Shown here piece by piece: positions 19,688-29,800 of a stretch of 64,000 nt of DNA. Positions within the stretch are counted from its first letter, which is position 1. Every line of letters starts with the position of its first letter. The position numbers and the translations under genes are program-made. The stretch is from an uncultured Candidatus Saccharibacteria bacterium (GTDB taxonomy: Bacteria > Patescibacteriota > Minisyncoccia > Phycocordibacterales > UBA918). Under the pieces are notes generated by a model. That model ran no database searches, had not been told where the DNA came from, and was given only the letters and a program-made list of their open reading frames with translations. The stretch spans positions 499 to 64,498 of the forward strand of contig CAZTWW010000001.1 in the NCBI GenBank assembly GCA_964618165.1, given 5' to 3'.

Positions 19688-20845
19688 ATGAGTAGAACGA
19701 ATTCAACGTTCGGACTACTCCAAGCAGTGGCCTTTGTAGTTGGCCTTGCGATTCTTATTTGGTCGCTTGGTTTACCTGCATTCCGTTTTGCGGAGGCCGC
19801 AAATGTCAGATTAGTCAGTGATACACTGTCGGATTCAGCACCAAGTGTGCCATCAAATCACACCATCTCATTTGTTACACCATCAGGTGTTGCAAACGGT
19901 GAATCTATTGTTATCAACTTCTCAGAAGGACCGTTTGTCCTCGGGGCAGTCGCATTTGATGACGTAGACATTCGTGATGATGGAACGGATCTGTCAGTGG
20001 CAGCAGGTTGTGGTGGCACTGAAGAAGTTGGGTTTTCAACCTCTACCAATCAGATCACCCTTCAGTTTTGTCCTGGCGACGGGGCTTCATTACCTGCAAA
20101 TGGTACAACCACTATTGAGATCGGAACCAACGCCACCTTTGGTGCAACTGGTAACGCTCAGCTCACTAACCCTGGTGTAGGCTCATACGAGATCAACATC
20201 ACGGCTGGTTCGCAGGATAGTGGTGCTACGCGAGTAGCTATCATTTCTCCAGTTGTCGTTACTGCTGCTGTCGATACGAGCTTTACCTTTACGGTAGCTG
20301 GTCTCGGTGGTACAGGTGATGTCAACTCGGAGCCGATCACTGGTACGAGTACCGCTACTACCATTCCGTTTGGTACATTGACTGCGAACACTGCATCAAC
20401 TGCAGCACAGCAGCTTTCAGTGGCCACCAACGCAAGTTACGGATTTGCAGTAACGGTACAGGTTGATCAGCAACTGCTCTCATCAACTGGTGCTGACATT
20501 GACGGATTTATCGATGGTGCCTACACGTCAACTCCGGTTGCGTGGCAACCACCATCTGGTTCAATTAGTAATGAGAATTCATGGGGTCACTGGGGTATTA
20601 CCACAGAAGACGCCACGCTCACTGCTGGTTTGACCGACCCATTCAATGCGAGTTCAACCGGGCAGCTCTTCGTATCTGCCTCGACAACCCCAGTTGAAGT
20701 GTTTCGACACAATGGTCCATCTGACGGTACTACCGCTAATATCGGCCGTACCCGCGTTGGATACAAGGTTGAAATTTCACCGCTACAAGAAGCCGGTGAT
20801 GACTACAATGCAACGCTGACATACGTTGCGACACCAGTGTTCTAG
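19688..20845 (+). CDS. Secreted surface protein with class II WxL-like C-terminal module (candidate major subunit)
   Basis: Signal ending FAEA; C-terminus 'VGYKVEISPLQEAGDDYNATLTYVATPVF' is homologous to that of 26812..32970. Confidence 0.85.
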   Translation: MSRTNSTFGLLQAVAFVVGLAILIWSLGLPAFRFAEAANVRLVSDTLSDSAPSVPSNHTISFVTPSGVANGESIVINFSEGPFVLGAVAFDDVDIRDDGTDLSVAAGCGGTEEVGFSTSTNQITLQFCPGDGASLPANGTTTIEIGTNATFGATGNAQLTNPGVGSYEINITAGSQDSGATRVAIISPVVVTAAVDTSFTFTVAGLGGTGDVNSEPITGTSTATTIPFGTLTANTASTAAQQLSVATNASYGFAVTVQVDQQLLSSTGADIDGFIDGAYTSTPVAWQPPSGSISNENSWGHWGITTEDATLTAGLTDPFNASSTGQLFVSASTTPVEVFRHNGPSDGTTANIGRTRVGYKVEISPLQEAGDDYNATLTYVATPVF

Positions 20846-20876
20846 TGAATATTGGTCCAAGCTTGGAGTAATACGC

Positions 20877-20909
20877 AAAAATTCCCCCCACCACGGGGGA
20901 TTTTTGTTT
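20877..20909 (+). terminator. Intrinsic terminator
   Basis: TCCCCC/GGGGGA stem followed by TTTTTGTTT. Confidence 0.75.
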
Positions 20910-20955
20910 GTGTAAAACAAGTCAATTCTTGTGCCTGTGCTTGTATACTAATCAT

Positions 20956-21975
20956 ATGTTACGGATTGTTTTTGTCCTCGGACTCTTTCTTTGTGCGCTA
21001 CCCGCACAAGCTGCAACCCTATACATTGATCCACCACAACCAACCCTCAATCGTGGTGATGCCGTAACGCTCGCGGTGCGGGTTGATACCGATGAGGCGG
21101 CAGGTGAGTGTATTAATGCTATTGATGGTGTTATTACCTATAGTGATGGTATTAACCCGGTCGATATATCGCTTGGTGAATCAATTCTTCCAGTCTGGGT
21201 AGAACAACCAACCATCGATAAAGAGAATCGTCGCATCACGTTTGCCGGTGGTATTCCAAACGGCTACTGTGGGCGTGTTGAAGGCGATCCGCGGTTAACG
21301 AACGTTATTGCAGAACTCGTATTTCGGGCGCCTGGTCTTACTGTCGGTGGTGATGAGCCAAACAATACCGCTAGTGTTTCGTTTGCACCAGAGACGAACG
21401 TTTATCTAAATGACGGCTTTGGTAGCATTGCGCCATTATCGACACTTGGCGCAGAAATTACCCTGACACAAGCACTTGGTTCTGAAATTGTTGATGTGTG
21501 GCGTGAGGATATTAATGCAGACACGGTCCCGCCGGAAGAGTTTTCGATTACACTCGAACGTGATGAGTTTGCGTTTGAGCAGAAGTACTACATCGTATTT
21601 AACACCACTGATAAACAAACCGGGATTAGTCATTACGAGGTAATTGAAGAAGCCCCACAAGACGCTCGTCTCTTCTCATTTGGTGCCGCCACCGCTCCAT
21701 GGGAGCGAGCTCGTAGCCCATATGTGCTGAAAGATCAGACGCTTAAAAGCACCATACGAGTTCGGGCTATCGATAAAGCCGGTAATGAATACGTAGCCAC
21801 ACTTGCACCGCAGAATGCCAGTCGATTCTCGGTAACTGACTATATGTTGATTGGAGGAGCTACACTGCTCGCGGCCCTCATTATTGGTGTCACCGTATGG
21901 TTTGCTCGTCGCCGTCGCCGCAACATAGCGATGACTACCGGTGTAATGCCAGATGATAAGACAGATATCGTATGA
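20956..21975 (+). CDS. Cohesin-domain protein with C-terminal membrane anchor
   Basis: Start moved to ATG 20956 (TATACT 6 nt upstream, signal AQA); 'INAIDGVITY..GESILPVWVEQP..ITFAGGIPNGY..YLNDGFG'; C-terminal TM followed by RRRRR. Confidence 0.8.
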   Translation: MLRIVFVLGLFLCALPAQAATLYIDPPQPTLNRGDAVTLAVRVDTDEAAGECINAIDGVITYSDGINPVDISLGESILPVWVEQPTIDKENRRITFAGGIPNGYCGRVEGDPRLTNVIAELVFRAPGLTVGGDEPNNTASVSFAPETNVYLNDGFGSIAPLSTLGAEITLTQALGSEIVDVWREDINADTVPPEEFSITLERDEFAFEQKYYIVFNTTDKQTGISHYEVIEEAPQDARLFSFGAATAPWERARSPYVLKDQTLKSTIRVRAIDKAGNEYVATLAPQNASRFSVTDYMLIGGATLLAALIIGVTVWFARRRRRNIAMTTGVMPDDKTDIV

Positions 21976-23690
21976 AAAAGCTAATTGTTCTTACCTTTGT
22001 TCTTTTGAGTTTTTTGGTAGCTGATAGCGTGTTGGCTTCCACGCTCAGTCTCTCGCCAGCAACTGGCGTTTATACGACGGGTAGTACGTTTACCGTACGT
22101 GTTACTGTTAATACGAAAGGGGCGCCTATCAATGCGGCTGATGGTACGTTGTCGTTTAATCCGAAAGAGCTCCAGGTGGTGTCGGTATCCCGTGGGTCAT
22201 CAATTTTCAACCTCTGGACAACTGAACCAACCTTCTCAAATAGTGCCGGCACTATCTCATTTAGTGGCGGGTCACCGACTGGATACACTGGTAGCGGTGG
22301 TACGATTATGTCGGTTACGTTCCGTACTCTTGGAGCCGGCTCACCGCGGGTGAGTATGACCAATGGTTCAGTTCTCGCTGCTGATGGTCGAGGTACAAAT
22401 GTCCTCACAACGATGGGAAGTGGAGCGTATACGGTATCAGCTGTTGCCGACACCCCAATCCCTGAAGCAATTGTTGAATTTGTCCCGCCAGCGAATACTC
22501 CAGCTGCACCAAAAATCATCTCAGAGACCCACGGTGACGGTACGGGGTGGTCAAAAGAGCGTACCGCGCGACTCTCATGGACAGTTCCGGGTGATGTGAC
22601 AGCAGTCCGTACCCTGCTTGATGAAAATCCGACTTCAATCCCGACCAAAGTCTATGATTCACCAATTCGTGATATCACCATCGATGATTTGCCAGATGGT
22701 ATATCGTATTTCCATATACAGTTCAAAAACGATGAAGGGTGGGGCAGGGTAGCGCACTATCGACTGGCTGTTGACTCTTCAGCGCCACAAGGATTTGTCG
22801 TGATGTTGGCCCCTGATAGCAATCTCGCAAATCCGACCCAAACTCTTATCGCTACCACCACCGATACTCTTGGTGCCCCAATCAAAACCTTCAAGATACG
22901 AGTGAACAATGGTGAGGAGATTATCCAAGAGAATACTGCTGCTGGACAAATTAAGCTAGAAAATCTTTCGCCTGGACAGCAGGTGGTAGATGTGGAGGCA
23001 GTTGATGCAGCTGGCAACACGGTTGAGACCTCATTCACTTTTGAGATTGAAGCATTTGAGGCACCACGTTTTACTGATGTGCCGGCTATTGTTAATTCAG
23101 GAGTGATTCCAGTGATTACCGGAACCACAAGACCAAAGTCATCAGTTAAGGTTGTGCTGTCATTGGCTGGAGCGTCACCAATTGAGTACACGGTGACTGC
23201 TCAAGACGACGGAACCTTCCGTTTTGTGCCTGATGCAAAGCTAGTCGATGGTGTTTACAAAGTGTCTGCTCAAGCGACCGATGAGTTTGGCGCCATGAGT
23301 GAGTTGTCGAGTGAGATAAGCTTCGTTGTCCAGCCATCAGGGTTTGTACGTATTGGTGGTATCTTGATTAGCTTCCTCTCAATTATTGTGCCACTCATTG
23401 CACTCTTATTCCTCACTGCTTTTACTTGGTTCTTCTTCCTCGCTCGGTATCGTACCTGGCGAAGGAAGGTGGCGAGAGAAAGTGGTGAGGTGATGTCTGC
23501 ACTCCATGAGCAGTTTAGACAACTCTCTACGGTTATTGACGAACACGAAGAAAAGCTCCAGTCATCACGAAAGACTAAGAAACTCACTGCCGCCGAAGAA
23601 GCTCTCATCACTGATCTCCGTACTGTTCTGAGAGGTGCAGAGTCGGTAGTTGAAAAGGAGGTGAAAGATGTTACTGATTTAACCGATTAA
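21972..23690 (+). CDS. Cohesin + Ig-like domains + TM + cytoplasmic helical tail
   Basis: 'INAADGTLSF..SSIFNLWTTEP..ISFSGGSPTGY..VLAADGRGTNVL'; ATGA overlap with the previous gene. Confidence 0.85.
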   Translation: MKKLIVLTFVLLSFLVADSVLASTLSLSPATGVYTTGSTFTVRVTVNTKGAPINAADGTLSFNPKELQVVSVSRGSSIFNLWTTEPTFSNSAGTISFSGGSPTGYTGSGGTIMSVTFRTLGAGSPRVSMTNGSVLAADGRGTNVLTTMGSGAYTVSAVADTPIPEAIVEFVPPANTPAAPKIISETHGDGTGWSKERTARLSWTVPGDVTAVRTLLDENPTSIPTKVYDSPIRDITIDDLPDGISYFHIQFKNDEGWGRVAHYRLAVDSSAPQGFVVMLAPDSNLANPTQTLIATTTDTLGAPIKTFKIRVNNGEEIIQENTAAGQIKLENLSPGQQVVDVEAVDAAGNTVETSFTFEIEAFEAPRFTDVPAIVNSGVIPVITGTTRPKSSVKVVLSLAGASPIEYTVTAQDDGTFRFVPDAKLVDGVYKVSAQATDEFGAMSELSSEISFVVQPSGFVRIGGILISFLSIIVPLIALLFLTAFTWFFFLARYRTWRRKVARESGEVMSALHEQFRQLSTVIDEHEEKLQSSRKTKKLTAAEEALITDLRTVLRGAESVVEKEVKDVTDLTD

Positions 23691-23691
23691 C

Positions 23692-24375
23692 ATGACAGAA
23701 AAACTGACTACAAAAAACATCGCAATTACACTTATCACTGTTATCGTAATTACAGTTGTTGCATCACGCTATATCAAAGCTGAGGTGAGTGAAGCGCTTC
23801 GTGATACTGAAGACACAGTGCGTGGTCAAATTGCGATTCAAACTGAACGGGTGCGAACAATTGCTGACGCCACAAAACTCAATCAAGGTGACGATGTAGC
23901 AACGTCTCTCGTGCTTGATTGTTCTGGTGATAATCGTCTCAAGTTTGATAGGTTGCTTGATAAGTTATCTGCTGATATCACTCGAACCGAGCTACTTGAA
24001 CTCGATAGTATTTTTCCAGATTGTGCAAACTACACTGCTGAGATAAAAAACATCATGGCAGCACGTCTCTTGCAAGAAGTAGAAATATTTGATCAGCATA
24101 AACAGCTCCTTGATAAACTCCGTGTTGAAGATGAATCTGTTGCGGCTAAAATTGACTTATGGAAGCGTGTTGCCGAAGGTGAGCAGAACGCGGCAAAACA
24201 ATACAGACAGTTGGTCAGCTTACAACGAGATATTATTCGTACGCTACTGGCAGGTAAGTCCAAAGATTCAGCTGAAATTAAGGCAATACTCACACAAGTC
24301 ACTAATGTAAAGAATGAAATGACAGTTACCCGCTCACAAATTGAAAATGTCCGTGCCGAGCTTGCGGCTTTATGA
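23692..24375 (+). CDS. Membrane-anchored helical/coiled-coil protein
   Basis: N-terminal TM, helical heptads, one Cys pair; operonic spacing. Confidence 0.75.
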   Translation: MTEKLTTKNIAITLITVIVITVVASRYIKAEVSEALRDTEDTVRGQIAIQTERVRTIADATKLNQGDDVATSLVLDCSGDNRLKFDRLLDKLSADITRTELLELDSIFPDCANYTAEIKNIMAARLLQEVEIFDQHKQLLDKLRVEDESVAAKIDLWKRVAEGEQNAAKQYRQLVSLQRDIIRTLLAGKSKDSAEIKAILTQVTNVKNEMTVTRSQIENVRAELAAL

Positions 24376-25130
24376 TGCAACTTTTACGTACTATTCTTGA
24401 GAAACTAGCACCAAGCTTTTTTCTCCGTAATACGAAGACAATTCATTATGCATTCTCGCTCCTGCTTCTCATGGCATTTGCGGTGGGAGTGGCGAGCGTA
24501 GTTGGTTCAGAGCGAACGAGCATTCTCATTGAATCATCAGTAGAGACGGTAGTTGAGAATGATTTATTCTCAATTCGTGTCTATGCGGTGGCAACCACAC
24601 CGGTTAATGCGGTGTCTTTATCGATAGCGACACCATCAGAGTTTGTTGAGGTGATGGGTGTTGATAGAGGGGAGTCAGTTATCACCCTCTGGACGAATGA
24701 GCCAAAAGTTGAGGGTGGGGTAGTAACCCTCGAAGGCGGAACGTACCGCCGAGGTTTTGTAGGGAAACACCTGATCGCAACAATCAATCTAAAAGCAAAG
24801 AAGAATGGGCAGGCAACAATTGTAGCAACTGATGCTAATCTACTTGCGGGCGATGGGCGTGGGACGGTGGTAGCAACAGATATATCGAAAGCTAAACGTA
24901 GTCTGTCGATAGGAACAAAGTCTACCGACGGGGAACAGGTAACGTTTGATGCAGCGGTTGTTATTGTGACTGACCTTGATGGAGATGGAGCGGTCTCACT
25001 CAGTGATATATCTACTTTTATGGGAGAGTGGATACGTCAGAACAATCGCTATGATTTTAATAATGATGGAGCAATGACTTTTAAAGACTTCTCGATTCTT
25101 CTGGCTAACTACTTTAAGTCCGCCTCTTAG
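24372..25130 (+). CDS. Cohesin + dockerin tandem protein
   Basis: 'VNAVSLSI..GESVITLWTNEP..LLAGDGRGT' followed by 'DLDGDGAVSLSDIS..DFNNDGAMTFKDFSIL'. Confidence 0.8.
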   Translation: MMQLLRTILEKLAPSFFLRNTKTIHYAFSLLLLMAFAVGVASVVGSERTSILIESSVETVVENDLFSIRVYAVATTPVNAVSLSIATPSEFVEVMGVDRGESVITLWTNEPKVEGGVVTLEGGTYRRGFVGKHLIATINLKAKKNGQATIVATDANLLAGDGRGTVVATDISKAKRSLSIGTKSTDGEQVTFDAAVVIVTDLDGDGAVSLSDISTFMGEWIRQNNRYDFNNDGAMTFKDFSILLANYFKSAS

Positions 25131-25218
25131 TTAGTGTTGATAACCAATCGGGAGTCTTGACAGTACACTGGTATTATATGTGTACTGGAACTGTTGTATC
25201 ACCATCAGTCCAATTACG

Positions 25219-26757
25219 ATGAAACAAATACCAGCCCATACACAAAAAGTAACACTCACTACAGTGAGGCAGCCAATTGGTCTTTACCGTTTGGTATTTC
25301 AGAGTGTGTGGTCAAGTTTGTTCGTCATTCTCCTCATCACCTCTTTCTTCCTTCAGACATTTGAGCGAGCGCTCGCAAATGAAGTTGTCGAAGAGTCTGC
25401 TACTTCGCTGTCGCCACTCATTACTGACGACTTGATAGAAAGAGTTGAATCAGATGCGGTACCGATTGCGATAGAGCGTGCAGAAACACCAACAGAAGAT
25501 GTTCTGATACCACCAGAGATAACCGAAGCTGAACCGGTTAATCAACCGGATCCAACGACTATTCCGATTGATACTTCACCACCGCCACCACAGATTGAAG
25601 ATGGTAATTCAGTACCCGAATCGCCTCCTGATATAGGCACTACAACGCTTGACGAAACTCTGACAGAGGAAATCTCTCCAGAGTCTTTGCTCGTAGATAC
25701 TGGTACAAGTACGCCGACTCTGACCGTCGAAAGCGATCAAATGATTCAGTTTAATAAAAATAATTGTGTAGCCGTTGAGGATGGCTCATTCTACTGTCAA
25801 AAAGCCTCTACCTCGGTAGCGGTGGCAGATGAAGGCCTCTATAGTCTTCCGGACGCTGATGGTGATCTTGAGATTTACCTGAAGCGTGCTGGTGAACTTA
25901 CCCAGCTGACACAGAATACTGTTGATGACGCGTCACCGTATTACGATCCTGCATCAGATACGATTGTGTGGCATCGTGTTATAGATGAGCGGTATCAGAT
26001 CATGGTTATGGATGTAGCCTCTGGTGAGGAGACACAGCTTACCGATACTTCGACTAACAATATGGAGCCGTTTCGTTCGGATAACATAATTGTGTGGCAG
26101 CATTGGGAGAATAATGCCTGGCAAATTATGTTCTTTGATGGACAGACCATTGCTCAACTTACCGACACTGTTGAACACAATCTTGCACCGGTCGTCCGTA
26201 ATGGCTTGGTAGTTTGGCATCGAATCACGAATGGTGTGAAGACAATTGAGGTCTACGATATTTCCACCGCCTCCTTTATGACTATTGAAGATGAGGGTGG
26301 TGGAACGGTTACTAATCCGCGTATGGTGCTTGTGTTTGATTCGACTATGGATAACGGTGATACTGTGACAAAGGGCTATGACCTTGTCACAGGTGAGATT
26401 ACTGAGTTTGAAGCAGAACCAGCCCCACTACCAGAAGAAATTCCAACTCCTGATCCAATTGAGGAAGCGAGGGCACTAGTCCAGTCAAAGTCGACTGGTC
26501 GTGAGTCTGGTGAAAATATTGACACTGATTTAACTGGTTCTACAACGCCGATGATTGATCCGCCTATAGATGCCGTGACGTCAAGTTCAAGTTTCACAGC
26601 CGGAACAACATTAACACTTGACCTGAGTTCAGCGACGTCAAGTATAGTGACAGAGTTACCACAGGTAGCACCACTCCCTGCAGATTATATTACTGATGTT
26701 GTGATACCTCCGTATCAAGCGACATCTTCTCAGGATATCGATACTGTGGTGGAGTAG
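25219..26757 (+). CDS. TolB-like/PD40 beta-propeller surface protein with acidic P/T-rich linkers
   Basis: Repeats 'TQLTxxxxxxxxPxx....IVW...xxxQI'; N-terminal hydrophobic segment; start uncertain (25180 or 25219). Confidence 0.75.
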   Translation: MKQIPAHTQKVTLTTVRQPIGLYRLVFQSVWSSLFVILLITSFFLQTFERALANEVVEESATSLSPLITDDLIERVESDAVPIAIERAETPTEDVLIPPEITEAEPVNQPDPTTIPIDTSPPPPQIEDGNSVPESPPDIGTTTLDETLTEEISPESLLVDTGTSTPTLTVESDQMIQFNKNNCVAVEDGSFYCQKASTSVAVADEGLYSLPDADGDLEIYLKRAGELTQLTQNTVDDASPYYDPASDTIVWHRVIDERYQIMVMDVASGEETQLTDTSTNNMEPFRSDNIIVWQHWENNAWQIMFFDGQTIAQLTDTVEHNLAPVVRNGLVVWHRITNGVKTIEVYDISTASFMTIEDEGGGTVTNPRMVLVFDSTMDNGDTVTKGYDLVTGEITEFEAEPAPLPEEIPTPDPIEEARALVQSKSTGRESGENIDTDLTGSTTPMIDPPIDAVTSSSSFTAGTTLTLDLSSATSSIVTELPQVAPLPADYITDVVIPPYQATSSQDIDTVVE

Positions 26758-26811
26758 TTTCTCTACAATAAAAGCGTGGTCTCGTAACCCTGAACGTGCG
26801 AGAATAAAGGC

Positions 26812-29800
26812 ATGTGGAGGTTTCCCATGTCTTTTTTCTGTGACTGCAGGCGACCAGTGGCTTTGCTGTTGCTGGTGGTGACGTTTGGTCTCAATCTCAC
26901 TATTCTTGAGTATGTGACTTGGCCACAGTTCGCTGAGGCAGCGGTTGTAACGGTTGATGCCACCGTAAGTCTCGATGCTAACGCCTTTTTCTTTGGTGGC
27001 TCACAAACAGTTTTCGTTTCTGATCAGGTGGGGTATAAGTTTTATCCTGATAGTACCGGGCAGTGTGTGTATAGTAAAACCACTAATGGTGCAGTGAGTT
27101 GGAATACTCCTGTTATTGTGGATGCGCAGACTGACTGCGCCAGTATTTCTGTATGGTATGACCAGTGGACACCAAATGATTACGGTACTTATATCCATAT
27201 CGCAACTATGGATACAGCTGCTGCAACCGATCGTCTTTACTACAATCGCCTCGATACCACCAATGATTCATTACTCCTTGGTACTACTCCAGTGGTGACG
27301 AGTAGTAACTCAGGCCAAGGCGGTACGTTTGTGTCTGGTACCAATAGCGTAACTGTTACAAAGAGTACCAGTAATGAAGTGTTCATGGCTGTCTCAGATG
27401 CAACTGATTCGTTTGTGGTTCGCTGTTCTACAAACTGTAACTTGACCACTGGCTGGACCGAAGCGGGGACGGCCTTTATGGACCTTGATAATGATTGGAA
27501 TATACTCATGCCCGTTTCATCTGGCGGTGTACTCCTCATTAACCGCGACATTAGCCTTGATGATATCAGATCACGCTTTTGGAATGGTTCGTCGTGGTCA
27601 GTGAGTTGGACTAATGTCGATACGAATGCAGTAGAGAATGCGACCTATGACGTGAGTATGGCAGCGGTAATTGATCATACCAATGGCGACATTTATCTAG
27701 CCTATGGAGCCGATCACGATAACTACACGACCCTCGACCACGACATCCGTACGGCTAAGTTTTCTTCTGGATCTTGGACTGGTACGACAGCTGTGTTTAC
27801 TAATCGTGCGCTCCGTGGACTCCATACCGTTGCGATTGCACTTGATACCAATACGAGTACTGTCTATGTTGCATACATCCTCCGCACGACACCAGGCACC
27901 GCGACGACCGGTAACGTGTACTGGGCTACATCTACCTCAGCAATGTCTGCCTGGAGTGCAGAGCGTGGACCAGTTAATATCACCGCTGGAGATCTTCGTG
28001 GACTTGACCTCAACCTCATGAGTGATGAGCGTATCTATGTGACGTGGCAGGACCCGGCTCCAGACGATATCTTTGGTGAAACTTTAGCAGATATTGCACC
28101 AATAACGAAGTTGACTGCAAGTGGTACCCCAAGTACGACCATTGTTGCGAGTACCAGCAATGCGTATGTGGGTGGTAAGTTTGTTATACGTGAGAGTGTC
28201 ACAAGTCGTAATTTGACCGATATACTCTTTACTGAACGTGGGACTATAGCGGCTGATACAGCGCTCGCAAATGTGCGCTTGCGCTATGACCTTGATACGA
28301 CCGCGCCATATGATTGTGCGAGTGAGTCATATGCTGGTACCGAACCACAATACGGCCTTACCGATACCGATGGCTTCTCAAGCACTAACGGTACTGTCTC
28401 GTTTGCTGGGCTCGTGAATATTTCTCCAACCCAAGCCTTTTGTGGGTATGTTGTACTCGACGTGCTTGATAGCGCCCTTGATGGAGATACGCTAGCGATA
28501 TCTGTTGAAACGCCGAATACTCACGTACTGGTGACTGGGGGTGTACTCGTGTCTCCAGCTGGTCCAGTTCGGTTTGCGACTTCAACCTTAATTCAAAATG
28601 ATGAGTTGACCCAAACCAGTTACCATTGGCGTAATGACAATGGTACTGAAGCTGCGGCTACCTCAGCTACTGGTGGTATAGCGAATACTCCGATTGCTGC
28701 GATTCTTCCTAATGTACCCCGTCGACTTCGTCTTCAGGTCTCAAACGAGGGTAGTCTCACGAGTCCAGCGACCGCCTTTCGTCTTGAGTATGCAGAGGCT
28801 ACTCCAACCTGTGATGGAGCAACTGGATGGACAGACGTTGGGGCAACGAATGATGCCTGGAATATGTCACTCTCAGCTAACCTCACTGAAGGAGCCAATA
28901 CAACCAATATCGCAGTGGCAACTGGAGGTGTGGCTGATGAGAATACTACTTTCCTGACCCCGAACGGTGGTGTTCGAGAGTCCTCGTCTCAAACTGGTTC
29001 ATTGACGTTATTAAACACTAACTTTGTTGAACTTGAGTATTCTATCGTGGCGTCAACCTCAGCCTCTGAGGGGTCGACGTACTGTTTTCGAGTTACCAAT
29101 GCCGGAACACCTCTGCCGGTATATACCCAGTATCCGGCTGCTACCATTGCGGCGGACGTGTCGGTCTCTGCCAGTGGCACCCAAGCGACATCACTTGTAA
29201 TTCCTTCAACGGTACAACATGTTGGAGGACAGTTTGTACTTCGTGAAAATACCAGTAATCGTAATATTACGAGTATTATGATTACAGAGAATGGTACCGT
29301 TGACGGTGCTGTTGGTTTAGATAACATCCAGCTCCGCTATGATCTTGATACCACCGCACCGCAAAACTGCGCGAGCGAAACCTATGCTGGTACTGAGGCG
29401 CAATTTGGAGTAACTGATACAGATGGATTTTCGGGTGCTAATGGTACGTCAACCTTTACGGGTACATTAGCGGTTTCAACTACTTCCACCGTCTGTCTCT
29501 ATGTGGTATTTGATGTAACCGGCTTGGCAGTAAATGGTGAGACGGTACAAATCGAAATTAATTCACCGGCGAACGATGTACAGGTGAGTACCGGTTCGGT
29601 GTCACCATCTACACCAATAGCACTCGCTGGTACGACAACGCTTGCTGGTGCGGTGATGACCCAAACTGGCTACCATTGGCGTAATAATGACGGTGGTGAA
29701 GCTACTTCGACTTCTGCCACAGTAGGGACAGAAAACACTATATTAACAGAGCATCTTGCGAACAGCCCAATCCGTCTTCGTTTAGCACTCTCAAATGAAG

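Noticed and set aside
17636-25130. Cellulosome
   Set aside because: No glycoside hydrolase is attached to the dockerins and there is no multi-cohesin scaffoldin
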